Virus record (IMG/VR): IMGVR_UViG_3300032236_000747
Span: 124,001-188,000 of that record
Strand: one strand, 5' to 3'
DNA length: 64,000 nucleotides
The notes beneath the pieces were generated by a model that saw only the letters and a list, made by a program, of their open reading frames with translations, did not search any database and had not been told where the DNA came from. The position numbers and the translations under genes are program-made. Within the stretch, counting starts at the first letter, position 1. Each line of letters starts with the position of its first letter. Positions 45,101-55,330 of this stretch are shown here, one piece after another.

Positions 45101-48100
45101 AACGTATCACTTGGTACTAGTGCTTTACAGGCTAACACAGCAGGTAGCTATAACGTAGCACTTGGTGTTAATGCTTTAATGTGTAATACAGTTGGCGGAT
45201 TTAACTTTGGTGCTGGTATATATGCAGGTCAATGTAATCAAAGCGGTAATGGCAACGTTGCTATTGGTTTCTGCACACTATACAACAACACAGTAAGTAA
45301 TAATATTGCCATTGGCTGTTTGTCAATGGTCAACAACAGCACTGGTTACAATAACGTAGCTATTGGTGCAGGTGCGCTTTGTGCTAACATCAGTGGCTTT
45401 CAAAACACTGCTATCGGTTATGGTGCATTAAAAACTAATACTTATGGTCAAAATAACTTTGCTGCTGGCGCTTACTCAATGTGTGCGGCTGTTACAGGTT
45501 GCGATAATATTGGTATTGGATTTGCTAGTCTTAAAGTTAACAACGGTCCAAGTAACGTAGCTCTTGGCAGTTACGCTATGTGCTGTAACGGGACTGGCCA
45601 AAACAACATTGCCATTGGTTGCTTGGCTATGTTTAAAAACACATCAGGTAGTTGTAACGTAGCGTTAGGTAATAACGTGCTGTGTAGCAACACCTACGGT
45701 AACAATAACATAGCATTCGGTGCATCCGCATTGAGAAATAACAACACTGGATCATATAACTTTGCCGCTGGAAACAGTGCTTTGTTTAACAATATCAGCG
45801 GTAACTACAACATAGCTATTGGTCAAAGTTCTCTAAACTGCAACGTCACTGGTATCAGTAACGTTGGTCTCGGACTTAATACACTTTACTATCATGTAGG
45901 TAGTATTCGAAATGTAGCTATTGGACAGTATGCTATGCAAGGTGTATCTGGTCAAAGTTTAAACTGCGATAACTTCGGTGTCGGCTACGGTGCATTAAAA
46001 AATAACTTAACTGGTTGCTCAAACGTAGCTATCGGTCTCAATACTCTACAGTCTAATCAAAATGGACACCATAACCTAGCATTTGGTTGTTCGGCAATGT
46101 ATGCTAACACAGGCGGTTGTTATAATACAGCCATAGGTCCATATGCACTTCTTTGTAATACTACTGGCTCTTTTAATATTGCTATTGGTCCAAACGCACT
46201 ATGCTGTAACACATATGGTCAAAATAACTTTGCTGCTGGCTATAACGCACTGTTAAGTAACACCACCGGTAGTAATAATATTGCTATTGGTTGCTGTGTA
46301 CTAGGATTAAACTCTAGTGGTAGTCAAAATATTGGTATTGGATTCACTTCTCTACGTAATAACACCACCGGTAGTAATAATATTGCCATGGGACGTGCTG
46401 CCCTATGTCAAAACCTTGTTGGTTCAAACAACGTTGCTCTGGGATTTTGTTCGTTAACCTATAATACATATGGTAACTGTAACGTTGCCATTGGACAAAA
46501 TACATTATATTGTAACACCGCTGGTAACTATAATATTGCACTAGGACTAAGTGCGCTTTACTGTAATACTATTGGTAACTGTAACGTAGCATTTGGTATA
46601 AACGCACTATATGCTAACACTACAGGTGTTAATAACTTTGCTGCTGGTGCTAACGCTCTTAATAATAACACAACTGGTTGTGGAAATACTGCCATAGGTT
46701 GTGCTTCGTTGTGTAAAAATACCGGAGGTATGAATAATACTTCAGTGGGTTCTGGCGCATTAGCTAGCAATACATATGGATGTAATAACGTAGGCATAGG
46801 ATTCTTTGCTCTACAAAACAACTTAACAGGTGTTAACAACGTTGGTATTGGTTGTGCAACCATGCAGTACAACACAGGATCACATAACTTTGCCGTTGGA
46901 GGTTATACTCTACGCGGAGTTACCGGTCAACTTAACTGTGGCGGATGTAACATTTCTATAGGCCTATGTTCTATGTATTTCAATACATACGGTAACAATA
47001 ACGTAGCACTAGGAGCAAGTACTTTACTATGTAATAGTAGCGGTTTTAATAACGTTGCCATTGGTCCGTTGGTAATGAACTCTAACACTGTTGGATACAG
47101 CAACGTTGCCTTAGGCAATACTACACTATATGCTAATACAGGCGGAACTTATAACGTAGCACTAGGTGCAAGAGCAATGTATGGTAATATTACCGGCGCT
47201 GGTAACATTGCCATGGGCTGTCAATCATTATATTGTTCGTTTGGTGGCAATAACAACCTCGCTCTAGGCGGCCAAACATTATACAATAACACCACAGGCA
47301 GCAATAATATTGCCTTAGGTCAAACAGCACTGTTCTGCAATACAATAGGCTGTAATAACGTTGCGATTGGTTTAAACTCACAGGGTTATAACACTATAGG
47401 TTATCATAATATATCGATAGGCCGAGATACATTATATTGCAATATTTCTGGTAACTATAACGTAGCACTAGGATACTGCGCCCTTTACCTTAATACTATC
47501 GGTTCTAATAATATAGCAATAGGTATTTGTGCGTTATATTGTAATACAAGTGGCCTTAATAACTTTGCTGCAGGATATGGAGCATTAAAAACAAACACCA
47601 CAGGGCAGAATAATATTGCTATTGGGTGTACAGCATTAGGCAATGCTAATACTTTAGGTTCAGCTAACGTGGCATTAGGTTATGCTGCATTAAGAGCAAA
47701 CTTTGTAGGTTGCGGTAACTTTGCTGCTATCACTGGTTCTTTATTAGCCAATGCCTGCGGTAGCAATAATATAGGTATTGGCTGTAACTCACTAGGAAAT
47801 AACTTAACTGGTGTTAATAATATTGCCTTAGGTTATACTGCTTTATATAATAGTACTTCAAATAACAACATAGCAATAGGTTATCAATCTGGTTGTTCTA
47901 TTACCAGCGGCGGCTATAATGTTATTATAGGTTCGTATACTGGTGTTGATATTCCGACAAATACTGGTACAGTTGTTTTATCCGACGGTAATGGCTCTAT
48001 TAAAGAGTTTTACACATCAACTGGTGCGTTGTCATTTGGTTCTACTAATAACTTTGGTTCTCCTGGACAGGTACTGGTAAGTTCTGGAGCCTCAGCTTCC

Positions 48101-49126
48101 CCTTATTGGGCATTGCCTGCATTTGCTAATACATCAACTACTGCTACTAATACTATTAACGTTGGTGTAACCGACGATCCTAGCACAGCTACTCCAGAAT
48201 ATGTAACATTTGTTAATGCCATAGGCACAAGTACAAATCTACGCACCAACAGTGGCGCATTTACATATCAACCTAATCCAGGACGATTAACTGTTCCGTC
48301 GTTATTCTTGTCTAGTACTTCGGCTAACACCAGTACTACAAGTAGTAACGCACTGTATGTAGCAGGCGGAGCATACTTAAACAGTTTATATGTTCTAAAT
48401 CAAACAACATTCGGCGGACCAGTAGTATTCAACGGTACTGCTACCTATGTATATTCTACCAATACTGTATACACAGACAACATTATCGAAATGCATGTAC
48501 CGCCGGGGGGCATTAATACTCCTTGGACCTACGACGATGGCAAGGATATCGGCCTACGCTTCCACTATTATAATAGAACAGCAAGCACTGACAGTAACGC
48601 AGCACTGGTACTAGCTGATGATAGTCAAGCATTAGAGTGGTATAGTCAAGGCGCTGAATCCAATACTGGTACATTTACCAGTGCTACCTACGGTGTATTT
48701 AGAACTGGATCTATTAAACTATTAACAGGAACCAGTAGCACCAATGTAACCACAGGCGATTTAACTGTAGCAGGTGGTGTGGGCATTGGTAAGAACTTGT
48801 ATGTTAACGGTAGTATTGTATTAAATGGGTCACCATTAACTACACAACAAGCCCTTAATCAACAAGAGTTTACTGCTAGTCAAGGACAAACAATCTTTAC
48901 AGTAACTGGCGGTTACACAGTTGGACAAATATTTGTTTTTGCCAACGGTGCCTTAATGAATAATGGAGATTACACAGCGTCAAATGGTAGTACGGTGGTG
49001 TTTAACGCAGCTAGAAACGGTGGAGATTTAATATCAGTTCGTGCTTTCTCTACATTTAGTGTAGCTGCTAGTACAATGGCAAGTAAAGCCTACGCAACTG
49101 CAATATCTGTGGCAATGGCAATGTAA
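42161..49126 (+). CDS. Giant Cys-rich fibre/adhesin with YadA-head-like 14-aa beta-roll repeats (2321 aa)
   Basis: About 1400 aa of N-x-A-(I/L)-G-x-x-A-L-x-x-N-x-x-G repeats; DDGKDIGLRFHYY module; C-terminal 'FTASQGQT.F...Y..G...VFANG.L....DYTA.NG' domain. Confidence 0.85.
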   Translation: MTYKLVGQEAYQIPTNADLGTLAYQNSDAINVGLVNVSNTLTISGLVAPLTIGYSQATAGTYILLNQVPTNLMVGGTVSGNNIPAGTTISSFGSGFSTAQPTYTNTTATTIVAMTSTYGISVAMGVGGNGLTYGTSVSSISNTGLPQTYAATSSTTAANTIWVGTTTNLAVNQLVYGTGIATGTVVTSILANTYAVISPPASITSGQAVTFAPTVTLSAAIAANTLTQNILFFPALSLSQATSSALTQGSVLNAYYNPTSAGSAAVVVQNGGLGVTGNTYFANTVTITSSAQSSSTATGALVVNGGMGVSGALYASSFVNPTFTGVQYALNNSGQYWGGIGSLSYAAGSNYQQWFLGWGPSTGTPVGTSLVWTNSGTVFVTSTNVWTVSNSTTTGALVVAGGVGIGQNLNVGGNLTVLGSINATVNGTITSATNIAGGTTGDILYQISAGRTGFINIATTSGWVLTSNGTTATWAPAATPTVAATATTAGLVYAVTTGTLANVSNVALGWQAGQSNTIGNYNLAVGYQALKCNTTGVNNTALGSYGLTANTTGCGNTAVGSFALFQSSSGCNNVAVGANALRSNTIGTANIAIGNSAQWCTCGAAASNIAVGDQALYNNRTGCNNIAIGCCASYSNSYGGCNFAAGLEALKFNVSGCNNIAVGRGALFFNTASNNTALGYRSLYGNTTGVNNFAAGSSAMVNNSVGVNNFAAGYQAMCANTAGSWNIAIGQCALVANTTGNYNVALGCNALYGNTIGSCNIALGPFSLRNNISGNDNFAAGWAALSSNTSGNNNTAIGHCGLAKNTSGINNVAIGAYSLYGNTIGCNNFASGNTALYNNISGNNNIAVGTQALYCNTIGCNNTALGYGALKCNIFGYNNVGIGQYTLAANTGGNNSIAIGLCALTANITGQSNIALGWLTLCNNTIGNDNVAIGCNTLLCNISGCGNIGIGNAALRSNISGIGNIALGSSSLQSNCGGNYNVSLGTSALQANTAGSYNVALGVNALMCNTVGGFNFGAGIYAGQCNQSGNGNVAIGFCTLYNNTVSNNIAIGCLSMVNNSTGYNNVAIGAGALCANISGFQNTAIGYGALKTNTYGQNNFAAGAYSMCAAVTGCDNIGIGFASLKVNNGPSNVALGSYAMCCNGTGQNNIAIGCLAMFKNTSGSCNVALGNNVLCSNTYGNNNIAFGASALRNNNTGSYNFAAGNSALFNNISGNYNIAIGQSSLNCNVTGISNVGLGLNTLYYHVGSIRNVAIGQYAMQGVSGQSLNCDNFGVGYGALKNNLTGCSNVAIGLNTLQSNQNGHHNLAFGCSAMYANTGGCYNTAIGPYALLCNTTGSFNIAIGPNALCCNTYGQNNFAAGYNALLSNTTGSNNIAIGCCVLGLNSSGSQNIGIGFTSLRNNTTGSNNIAMGRAALCQNLVGSNNVALGFCSLTYNTYGNCNVAIGQNTLYCNTAGNYNIALGLSALYCNTIGNCNVAFGINALYANTTGVNNFAAGANALNNNTTGCGNTAIGCASLCKNTGGMNNTSVGSGALASNTYGCNNVGIGFFALQNNLTGVNNVGIGCATMQYNTGSHNFAVGGYTLRGVTGQLNCGGCNISIGLCSMYFNTYGNNNVALGASTLLCNSSGFNNVAIGPLVMNSNTVGYSNVALGNTTLYANTGGTYNVALGARAMYGNITGAGNIAMGCQSLYCSFGGNNNLALGGQTLYNNTTGSNNIALGQTALFCNTIGCNNVAIGLNSQGYNTIGYHNISIGRDTLYCNISGNYNVALGYCALYLNTIGSNNIAIGICALYCNTSGLNNFAAGYGALKTNTTGQNNIAIGCTALGNANTLGSANVALGYAALRANFVGCGNFAAITGSLLANACGSNNIGIGCNSLGNNLTGVNNIALGYTALYNSTSNNNIAIGYQSGCSITSGGYNVIIGSYTGVDIPTNTGTVVLSDGNGSIKEFYTSTGALSFGSTNNFGSPGQVLVSSGASASPYWALPAFANTSTTATNTINVGVTDDPSTATPEYVTFVNAIGTSTNLRTNSGAFTYQPNPGRLTVPSLFLSSTSANTSTTSSNALYVAGGAYLNSLYVLNQTTFGGPVVFNGTATYVYSTNTVYTDNIIEMHVPPGGINTPWTYDDGKDIGLRFHYYNRTASTDSNAALVLADDSQALEWYSQGAESNTGTFTSATYGVFRTGSIKLLTGTSSTNVTTGDLTVAGGVGIGKNLYVNGSIVLNGSPLTTQQALNQQEFTASQGQTIFTVTGGYTVGQIFVFANGALMNNGDYTASNGSTVVFNAARNGGDLISVRAFSTFSVAASTMASKAYATAISVAMAM

Positions 49127-49129
49127 ATA
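49124..49129 (+). promoter_or_regulatory. Late promoter core TAAATA overlapping a stop codon
   Basis: atgTAAATAt; next ATG at 49149. Confidence 0.5.
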
Positions 49130-49148
49130 TAGGATAGGAACTTAGTAA

Positions 49149-51899
49149 ATGACAACACCTTCAAACCCATTATCGTTATTTTTTAATAATAATGGTCAAG
49201 CCACTATCTACAATACCACAGCTAGTGTATCAACAACAACTGGTGCCCTAGTTATCGGTGGCGGCCTGGGCATCGGAAATAACTTGTTTACTGGTGGTAA
49301 TATTTCTCTTGCGGCCACTGGAACAGCAACTACATCTACAGTTAGTTACGGTAGCCCCAGCATTAACCTAAATAGTTCAGTATGGGACCAAGCATCGACA
49401 GCAACATTCAATACTGGATTTCAAATACAAGCACAGACTCCTGCTCAAAATCAAGCCCTGTTGCTAATACAGAGTAACAACGCTACTAGAACACCAAACG
49501 GCAGTGATTATACATTTGTAAGAGTAAATGGTCAGAACTCTCAGCTACAGGTTATGAACTCCAATGACAACCTAGGCGTTCAGTTCATGGAAACTTATTA
49601 TGCTGGTTGGATGGGACTAGCAAATACGTCGCCTTCGATATCCGGTTCTGTACCGGCTAACGGATATCTTAATATGTTTGCCATGGCTAACACAGGTACA
49701 GTGGGTAGTGTTGTATATACAACTGGTATTATTGCTCCTACATTTAGAACAGTTATTGACGACGGTGCAGGTAACGTAACTGTTGGAGCAAATACGGGAA
49801 CTACTACCGGTAGATTATTAGTTAAACACACTACATCAGCAACCTCAACGACTACAGGTGCACTGCAAGTTGCCGGTGGTGCTGGCATTGGCGGCAGTTT
49901 ATGGGTTGGAACAACTGCTACTATTGGCTCAAACTCAACCAACTATTTCCAAATATACGGCGGCCAAAGCGGGTCTAGTGCTACTATTGCTACAGTCGGC
50001 AGCGACTCCAACATAGATATTAACGTGTTATCTAAAGGTCTTGGCTCTATTAACTTTGGTAACGGTGATGGATTATCATTAAAGTTGGTCGACAGCGGTG
50101 CTTATGATTCTAGTTATCTAACAATAGCAGGATCTGTTACTAGTCAAGGTCAAGGTTATATTGGACCTACTATTGCTGTTGCTGGCACAGACACTAACAT
50201 TGGTCTGAATATCTATACAGTAGGCGGCGGCATAATGAACGTAAACGCAGGCGGCCTCGGCAGTACCGCCACTGGTACTAGTATACGCATGGGCGTTAAT
50301 GGAAAAGAAGTATTGCGGGTTCAAGGCTCATATAGTATAGTTAACAAATTTAGTATGCAAGGCGGCGGCTTGGGATCATCTCCTCAGTTTATTGTTAGCA
50401 CCACAGGCGGCGTTGATCCTAACGTAGGTGTAGATCACGGAACACAAGGCACTGGTGCATTTAGATTTTATACTGGAAACGTAAACGCAGGTTTTGGTTG
50501 GCAACAACTACAAATTAGTCATAGCACAGCCACAACCGGTTATGTAAACATCACTGGTGGAACAGCCAGTTTAAGTACTACACCTACACTAAGCACAACA
50601 GGTACAGATGCTTTAATAAATCTTAATATAACAACTAGAGGTGCAGGATCAGTTGTTGTAACAAACACTACAACTGCTGTGAGTACACAGACAGGAGCAT
50701 TGATAGTTAATGGTGGCGTTGGTATTGGTGGTAATTTATGGGTGGGCGGTACTATTAACGGTACCGCTAACACAGCAAGTAATGCTACAACTTCTAGTAA
50801 CTTAGTTGTTTATAATAATACAACATCTGCCGCTATTCAATATCTAACATTTGTATCAACTAGTACAGGTAGTGCAGTACTACAAACCGCGGCAACTAGT
50901 GGTATTGTATATCAACCAAGCACAGGATTTATGGGTATAGGTACTACAAGTACTCTTATATCTCCACTACATGTATCTCTAGCATATCCTAATCCGGTAG
51001 CAGAACAACTAACTCCTAGCCCGTATATTGCTCTTACATTAGATTCACCTGATACAAATCCTAATTCTGCAGTTGGTATGGATTTTAGAAACTTCTATCC
51101 AGGCTATGGTGCTAATGGTCTTACAACATCGACTATTATATATGACTTCCAAGGCGGCGCATTGAACGCTGGCGGCATTAGTGGACCAGGTCCAACAACT
51201 GGCCCGGGATCTTGGGGTATGAATTATATATCAGGGCGCAGCGGTTTTGCTCATCACTGGTTTAGAGATAGTAGTTATAACGTACAGTTTTCTATTGTTA
51301 ATAACGGAACAGTGGCTTCTGGTTATATGTTCCAAAACTATAGTGCGCCAGCATATAGTCACTTGATACAAGGATCTGTAGGTATCGGTACTACGGTTAC
51401 AAACGCAGCATTAACAGTCTTAGGCGGCCAAACTATCACTGGTATTTTTACATCTACCAACGCTACACAATCAAACAATACTGTTACTGGTGCCTTGATA
51501 ATCGCCGGCGGTATAGGTGTTGGCGGTAACGTTAACGTTAACGGGTCGTTAAACGCGATTACTAAATCTTTCGTTATTACTCACCCAACTAAACCAAACA
51601 TGAAACTACGCTACGGTAGTTTAGAAGGTCCAGAAAACGGTGTATATGTAAGAGGTAGATTAAAAGGTTCTACTACAATACAACTTCCGGATTATTGGAC
51701 CAAGTTAGTTGACCCTGATTCTATTACAGTAACACTAACACCGATCGGCAAACACCAAAAACTTTATGTTGAAGCCATCAAAGACAACACGGTCATTGTA
51801 GAAAACGATGCCATGTTTGGCGGTAGTATCGACTGCTATTATGTGGTATTTGCTGAACGTGCTGATACTGATAAACTAGCTGTCGAGATATCTGAATGA
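49149..51899 (+). CDS. Tail fibre protein (916 aa) with a conserved C-terminal domain
   Basis: TGAL-V-GG repeats; C-terminal 'TKSFVITHPTKPNMKLRYGSLEGPENGVYVRG...LPDYWTKLV..DSITVTLTPIG', seen at the ends of many phage fibres. Confidence 0.8.
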   Translation: MTTPSNPLSLFFNNNGQATIYNTTASVSTTTGALVIGGGLGIGNNLFTGGNISLAATGTATTSTVSYGSPSINLNSSVWDQASTATFNTGFQIQAQTPAQNQALLLIQSNNATRTPNGSDYTFVRVNGQNSQLQVMNSNDNLGVQFMETYYAGWMGLANTSPSISGSVPANGYLNMFAMANTGTVGSVVYTTGIIAPTFRTVIDDGAGNVTVGANTGTTTGRLLVKHTTSATSTTTGALQVAGGAGIGGSLWVGTTATIGSNSTNYFQIYGGQSGSSATIATVGSDSNIDINVLSKGLGSINFGNGDGLSLKLVDSGAYDSSYLTIAGSVTSQGQGYIGPTIAVAGTDTNIGLNIYTVGGGIMNVNAGGLGSTATGTSIRMGVNGKEVLRVQGSYSIVNKFSMQGGGLGSSPQFIVSTTGGVDPNVGVDHGTQGTGAFRFYTGNVNAGFGWQQLQISHSTATTGYVNITGGTASLSTTPTLSTTGTDALINLNITTRGAGSVVVTNTTTAVSTQTGALIVNGGVGIGGNLWVGGTINGTANTASNATTSSNLVVYNNTTSAAIQYLTFVSTSTGSAVLQTAATSGIVYQPSTGFMGIGTTSTLISPLHVSLAYPNPVAEQLTPSPYIALTLDSPDTNPNSAVGMDFRNFYPGYGANGLTTSTIIYDFQGGALNAGGISGPGPTTGPGSWGMNYISGRSGFAHHWFRDSSYNVQFSIVNNGTVASGYMFQNYSAPAYSHLIQGSVGIGTTVTNAALTVLGGQTITGIFTSTNATQSNNTVTGALIIAGGIGVGGNVNVNGSLNAITKSFVITHPTKPNMKLRYGSLEGPENGVYVRGRLKGSTTIQLPDYWTKLVDPDSITVTLTPIGKHQKLYVEAIKDNTVIVENDAMFGGSIDCYYVVFAERADTDKLAVEISE

Positions 51900-53293
51900 C
51901 TATAAGTTATAATCCTAGTGCTGTTATTAACGGGTTATTGCTTAATGTAGATTTTGCTAACCCTAAAAGTTACTCAGCGCAAGAAAACTTATTCAACAAC
52001 AGCGAAGACCCAACCGGTTATTCTGCTGCTACTAGATTTGCTATTTTTGTTAATACAGCAACTACTCTCAGTCCGGTAGGTAATACAGGCAGTAGTTTAA
52101 TTGTAGGCATAGACGGTAGTACAAACTACGCAGCTATTAGCAGTACATATGCTAGCAGTGCCACTGGTTATTATACCATGTCATATTACATGAAGGCTGC
52201 GAGTACTAATACTATATCTATGATATTAGGAACACAGGGCTACGATACTACTCAGGCAGGCGGTCTTTATTTTAGGACAGTATTAAATCTTAATAATCGA
52301 TCATTTAGTCTTCCTCAGCTTGTAACTTCAACAACAGCAAGTACTACTACAGTTATCACTGACATAGTCTACGGTGCCACTGATGCAGGTAACGGTTGGT
52401 CTAGGTGTTATATTACTGCTAACTTCACTACTGCTACTGCATTTACGCAAGTTGTTGGCGGAATATATGTAGGCACCTACGGATCAACTGCTGCTACAAC
52501 TGGCACTGGTGTGTATTCTTGGGGATGGCAACTAGAAAATAGTGCTTATGTAAACAACTATACATCAACAAAGGGAGCATATATTCCAAAGACCCTTTCA
52601 GTTGTTGATATGATCAGCAAGAACCGTTTTCAAAACTATTATCAACCTAACTATTTGTCTACAACTCCTAGTGGATATTTACAATTTAATCGTTATCCAG
52701 CAACTACGTCTACTCAACTAGCAGGAGGAAACCTACAAATAACCAATCCACAAGGTGCTCTATCAGTTACAAACTTCTTATATTATGATCATACATGGGA
52801 AATTTGGTTTAGGCTAGATGATATAAATCCGGTATCTTATCCAGGAGACCCGACGCAAGGTACCAGTGCGCTGGCAATATACAACGGATTCCATGCAGGA
52901 TTTTATTATAGTAACAGTCAAATGTCATATCTGATTTGGTCAAGTGCTACTAATAACGTAGTGTTCGGTTCTTGGAGTGTAGGAACGGGTGCTGCTCAAA
53001 TAAATCAAGGTAACTGGTATCAAATAGCACTTACTAAATCAGGAAACACGGCAACGACCTATCTTAATGGTGCACAAGTAGGCACAGGTAACTCATTTGC
53101 TCTACAAACAACTAATGTACCTACTAATAATAATATTAATATAGGCGCTGCTTATCCAAATAATCCCGGAGCTGCTGGTTATGTGTGGTATGGAAAAAAC
53201 TCTATTTCTATAATGCGTATGTACAATAGGTCTCTAAGCGCCAGTGAAATAAATCAAAACTTCAACGCACATCGCGGGAGGTATGGAATATGA
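51896..53293 (+). CDS. LamG/concanavalin A-like lectin-fold protein
   Basis: 'NGLLLNVDFANPKSY...TWEIWF...WYQIALT...TYLNGA...RMYNRSLSASEINQNFNAHRGRYGI'. Confidence 0.8.
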   Translation: MTISYNPSAVINGLLLNVDFANPKSYSAQENLFNNSEDPTGYSAATRFAIFVNTATTLSPVGNTGSSLIVGIDGSTNYAAISSTYASSATGYYTMSYYMKAASTNTISMILGTQGYDTTQAGGLYFRTVLNLNNRSFSLPQLVTSTTASTTTVITDIVYGATDAGNGWSRCYITANFTTATAFTQVVGGIYVGTYGSTAATTGTGVYSWGWQLENSAYVNNYTSTKGAYIPKTLSVVDMISKNRFQNYYQPNYLSTTPSGYLQFNRYPATTSTQLAGGNLQITNPQGALSVTNFLYYDHTWEIWFRLDDINPVSYPGDPTQGTSALAIYNGFHAGFYYSNSQMSYLIWSSATNNVVFGSWSVGTGAAQINQGNWYQIALTKSGNTATTYLNGAQVGTGNSFALQTTNVPTNNNINIGAAYPNNPGAAGYVWYGKNSISIMRMYNRSLSASEINQNFNAHRGRYGI

Positions 53294-54078
53294 GTCTAGG
53301 ACACGGTCCCTCTATTGTTACCAACGGCATTGTAAATGTACTGGATCCATATTATTTTAATGGCAGCACAAGTACAACAGTAAGCGACAGAATCAGCGGA
53401 ACTAGCTGGACTGCTAATAACTTTACTAAGGGTACTAGCACAGTTATTACTACTTTTGCTAGTGCTGTTAACGCAGCAGGTACAGGATCTAGTATATTAA
53501 CAGTTGCACCAAATGCACAACTAGCTTCAGGTAGCATTACTATTATTGCTTGGTTTAATCTAAAAGGCCTGCCCATTGCTCCACCGGATGCTAATAACTA
53601 TTGGAGAACATTTTTATGTCCTAACAATGCTGGCTTTAGCCCTCCTGTTATGTTTATCTTAGAAACCAACGGATTAATGAGTTGTACTGCTTATTTTACT
53701 GACGGAGTGGCTCGAAGAAACGTTAATAACGTGTTTGGTTCCTACACCTATAGTACAAGTACATGGCAGATGTTTGCTTATACCTATGATCAAGGCACTG
53801 GCATAGCAACTACATATAAAAATGCTGTTGTACAAAATCAAGGACCGCAGACCACAGGTACCAACGCACAAGCAACTACTCCGGGGCTAGGATTGAGTTA
53901 TACAGGTTATGCTACTAATGGATGGCAGGTATATGGAGGAGGAATCTCAGTGTCTACAAGTTCAGGAGGAGGCGGCTGTCCAGGTGAACTAGGTAACTTT
54001 ATGACTTATAATCGTGCATTATCGGCCATTGAAATACAACAAAACTTTAACGCACATCGCGGGAGGTATGGACTATGA
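53290..54078 (+). CDS. LamG/concanavalin A-like lectin-fold protein
   Basis: 'GPSIVTNG...ITIIAWFNL...WQMFAYTYD...TYNRALSAIEIQQNFNAHRGRYGL'; ATGA stop/start overlap. Confidence 0.8.
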   Translation: MSLGHGPSIVTNGIVNVLDPYYFNGSTSTTVSDRISGTSWTANNFTKGTSTVITTFASAVNAAGTGSSILTVAPNAQLASGSITIIAWFNLKGLPIAPPDANNYWRTFLCPNNAGFSPPVMFILETNGLMSCTAYFTDGVARRNVNNVFGSYTYSTSTWQMFAYTYDQGTGIATTYKNAVVQNQGPQTTGTNAQATTPGLGLSYTGYATNGWQVYGGGISVSTSSGGGGCPGELGNFMTYNRALSAIEIQQNFNAHRGRYGL

Positions 54079-55307
54079 CCATAGTTGTTGGACCAAGTAT
54101 TGCGTCATCATTGATATTTTACATAGATGCTGCTAATCCTAAAAGTTATCAAGACGGGGAAAATCTATTTCTTTACAGTACAAACTATAATTCAGGATAT
54201 TGGAATACATCGGGTGCCACAACAACACTTATGACCGGAATTACTGCCCCTGACGGTACCAATAATGGCGTATATAAACTAATAGGTACTCCTGGAAACG
54301 CTGGTAGAAAAAGTGTTTATCAACCAGTGAATGTTACTTCAGGCACACAGTATGCATATAGCGTGTATATGAAAGCTGCTGAGTTTACATCAACTACGAT
54401 GTGGTTTGATACTACTGCTGTTAGTCCCGGAGCATATTGGGGAGCCAGTGCACTTTATGATTTAACCAACGGAATTACCAGTAACCCTGCCCACGGTACT
54501 ATAACCAATGTAGGCAATGGATGGTATAGATGCCAGGTTATTGCTACTGCTACCATAACCGGTCCTATAAATCTGCAGACTAGCCAAGGAGATGCCAACG
54601 GTGCGGGTACTCCTGCAGGCACAGGAACCAGCGGAGTATTTCTCTGGGGCCCTCAGATAGAAATAAAAAGCAGTCCGTCAACATATAGACCGACCGGTTT
54701 AACTTCTTCTACTAGAGCAATCAACGTCTTTGACCTAAGTTCAAGTCAAATAGTGGGTAAACTAAACACAAGCAGTTATGTATCAACAAATAGTGGTGTA
54801 TTTTCCTTTAACGGAACCAGCAGTTATATTTCTACATCAATAAATCCAACAACTAGTTCTCAGCTAACAGTGGAAGCCTGGGTAAATGTACAGTGGGTAA
54901 CCACCCAAACCACTGCATTTATTGTAGGAAGATCAAATTCTTATCGTATGATATACGCACCTAGTAACTTTACATGGGTGTGTGCAACTTCTAATAACGG
55001 ATGGTATACTGCAGGAACCGCAATCAGTATAAACGTACAAACCACTACTACAGGTTGGTATCAAGTAGTAGGGGTTTATAACGGTGTACAAAATCTTTTA
55101 TATTTAAACGGAAAGCTATCAGTTACAGGCACTAATATTTCTGGATTTGTATCAGGTGGTGCTAACCTACAACTAATGCAAAGTGATGCCTTAAACGTTG
55201 ATTATGGTTCGGGATACCTATCTGTGTGTAGAATATACAATCGAGGCCTAAGTGCTGACGAAATACAGCAAAACTTCAACGCTATGCGCGGCCGATATAA
55301 CTTATAA
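54075..55307 (+). CDS. LamG/concanavalin A-like lectin-fold protein
   Basis: 'LIFYIDAANPKSY...FSFNGTSSY...LTVEAWV...WYQVVGVYNG...LYLNG...RIYNRGLSADEIQQNFNAMRGRYNL'. Confidence 0.85.
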   Translation: MTIVVGPSIASSLIFYIDAANPKSYQDGENLFLYSTNYNSGYWNTSGATTTLMTGITAPDGTNNGVYKLIGTPGNAGRKSVYQPVNVTSGTQYAYSVYMKAAEFTSTTMWFDTTAVSPGAYWGASALYDLTNGITSNPAHGTITNVGNGWYRCQVIATATITGPINLQTSQGDANGAGTPAGTGTSGVFLWGPQIEIKSSPSTYRPTGLTSSTRAINVFDLSSSQIVGKLNTSSYVSTNSGVFSFNGTSSYISTSINPTTSSQLTVEAWVNVQWVTTQTTAFIVGRSNSYRMIYAPSNFTWVCATSNNGWYTAGTAISINVQTTTTGWYQVVGVYNGVQNLLYLNGKLSVTGTNISGFVSGGANLQLMQSDALNVDYGSGYLSVCRIYNRGLSADEIQQNFNAMRGRYNL

Positions 55308-55310
55308 ATA
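55303..55310 (+). promoter_or_regulatory. Late promoter TATAAATA overlapping a stop codon
   Basis: Exact consensus; next ATG at 55331. Confidence 0.65.
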
Positions 55311-55330
55311 CTAGATAACTGATACTCTAA

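Noticed and set aside
51550-51899. Peptidase S74 intramolecular chaperone at fibre C-termini
   Set aside because: The SDxRLK cleavage signature is not present at the end of any fibre here; the TKSF...EGPE domain is left unassigned
37640-55307. Diversity-generating retroelement acting on fibre tips
   Set aside because: No reverse transcriptase and no near-identical template/variable repeat pair differing at adenines in this window
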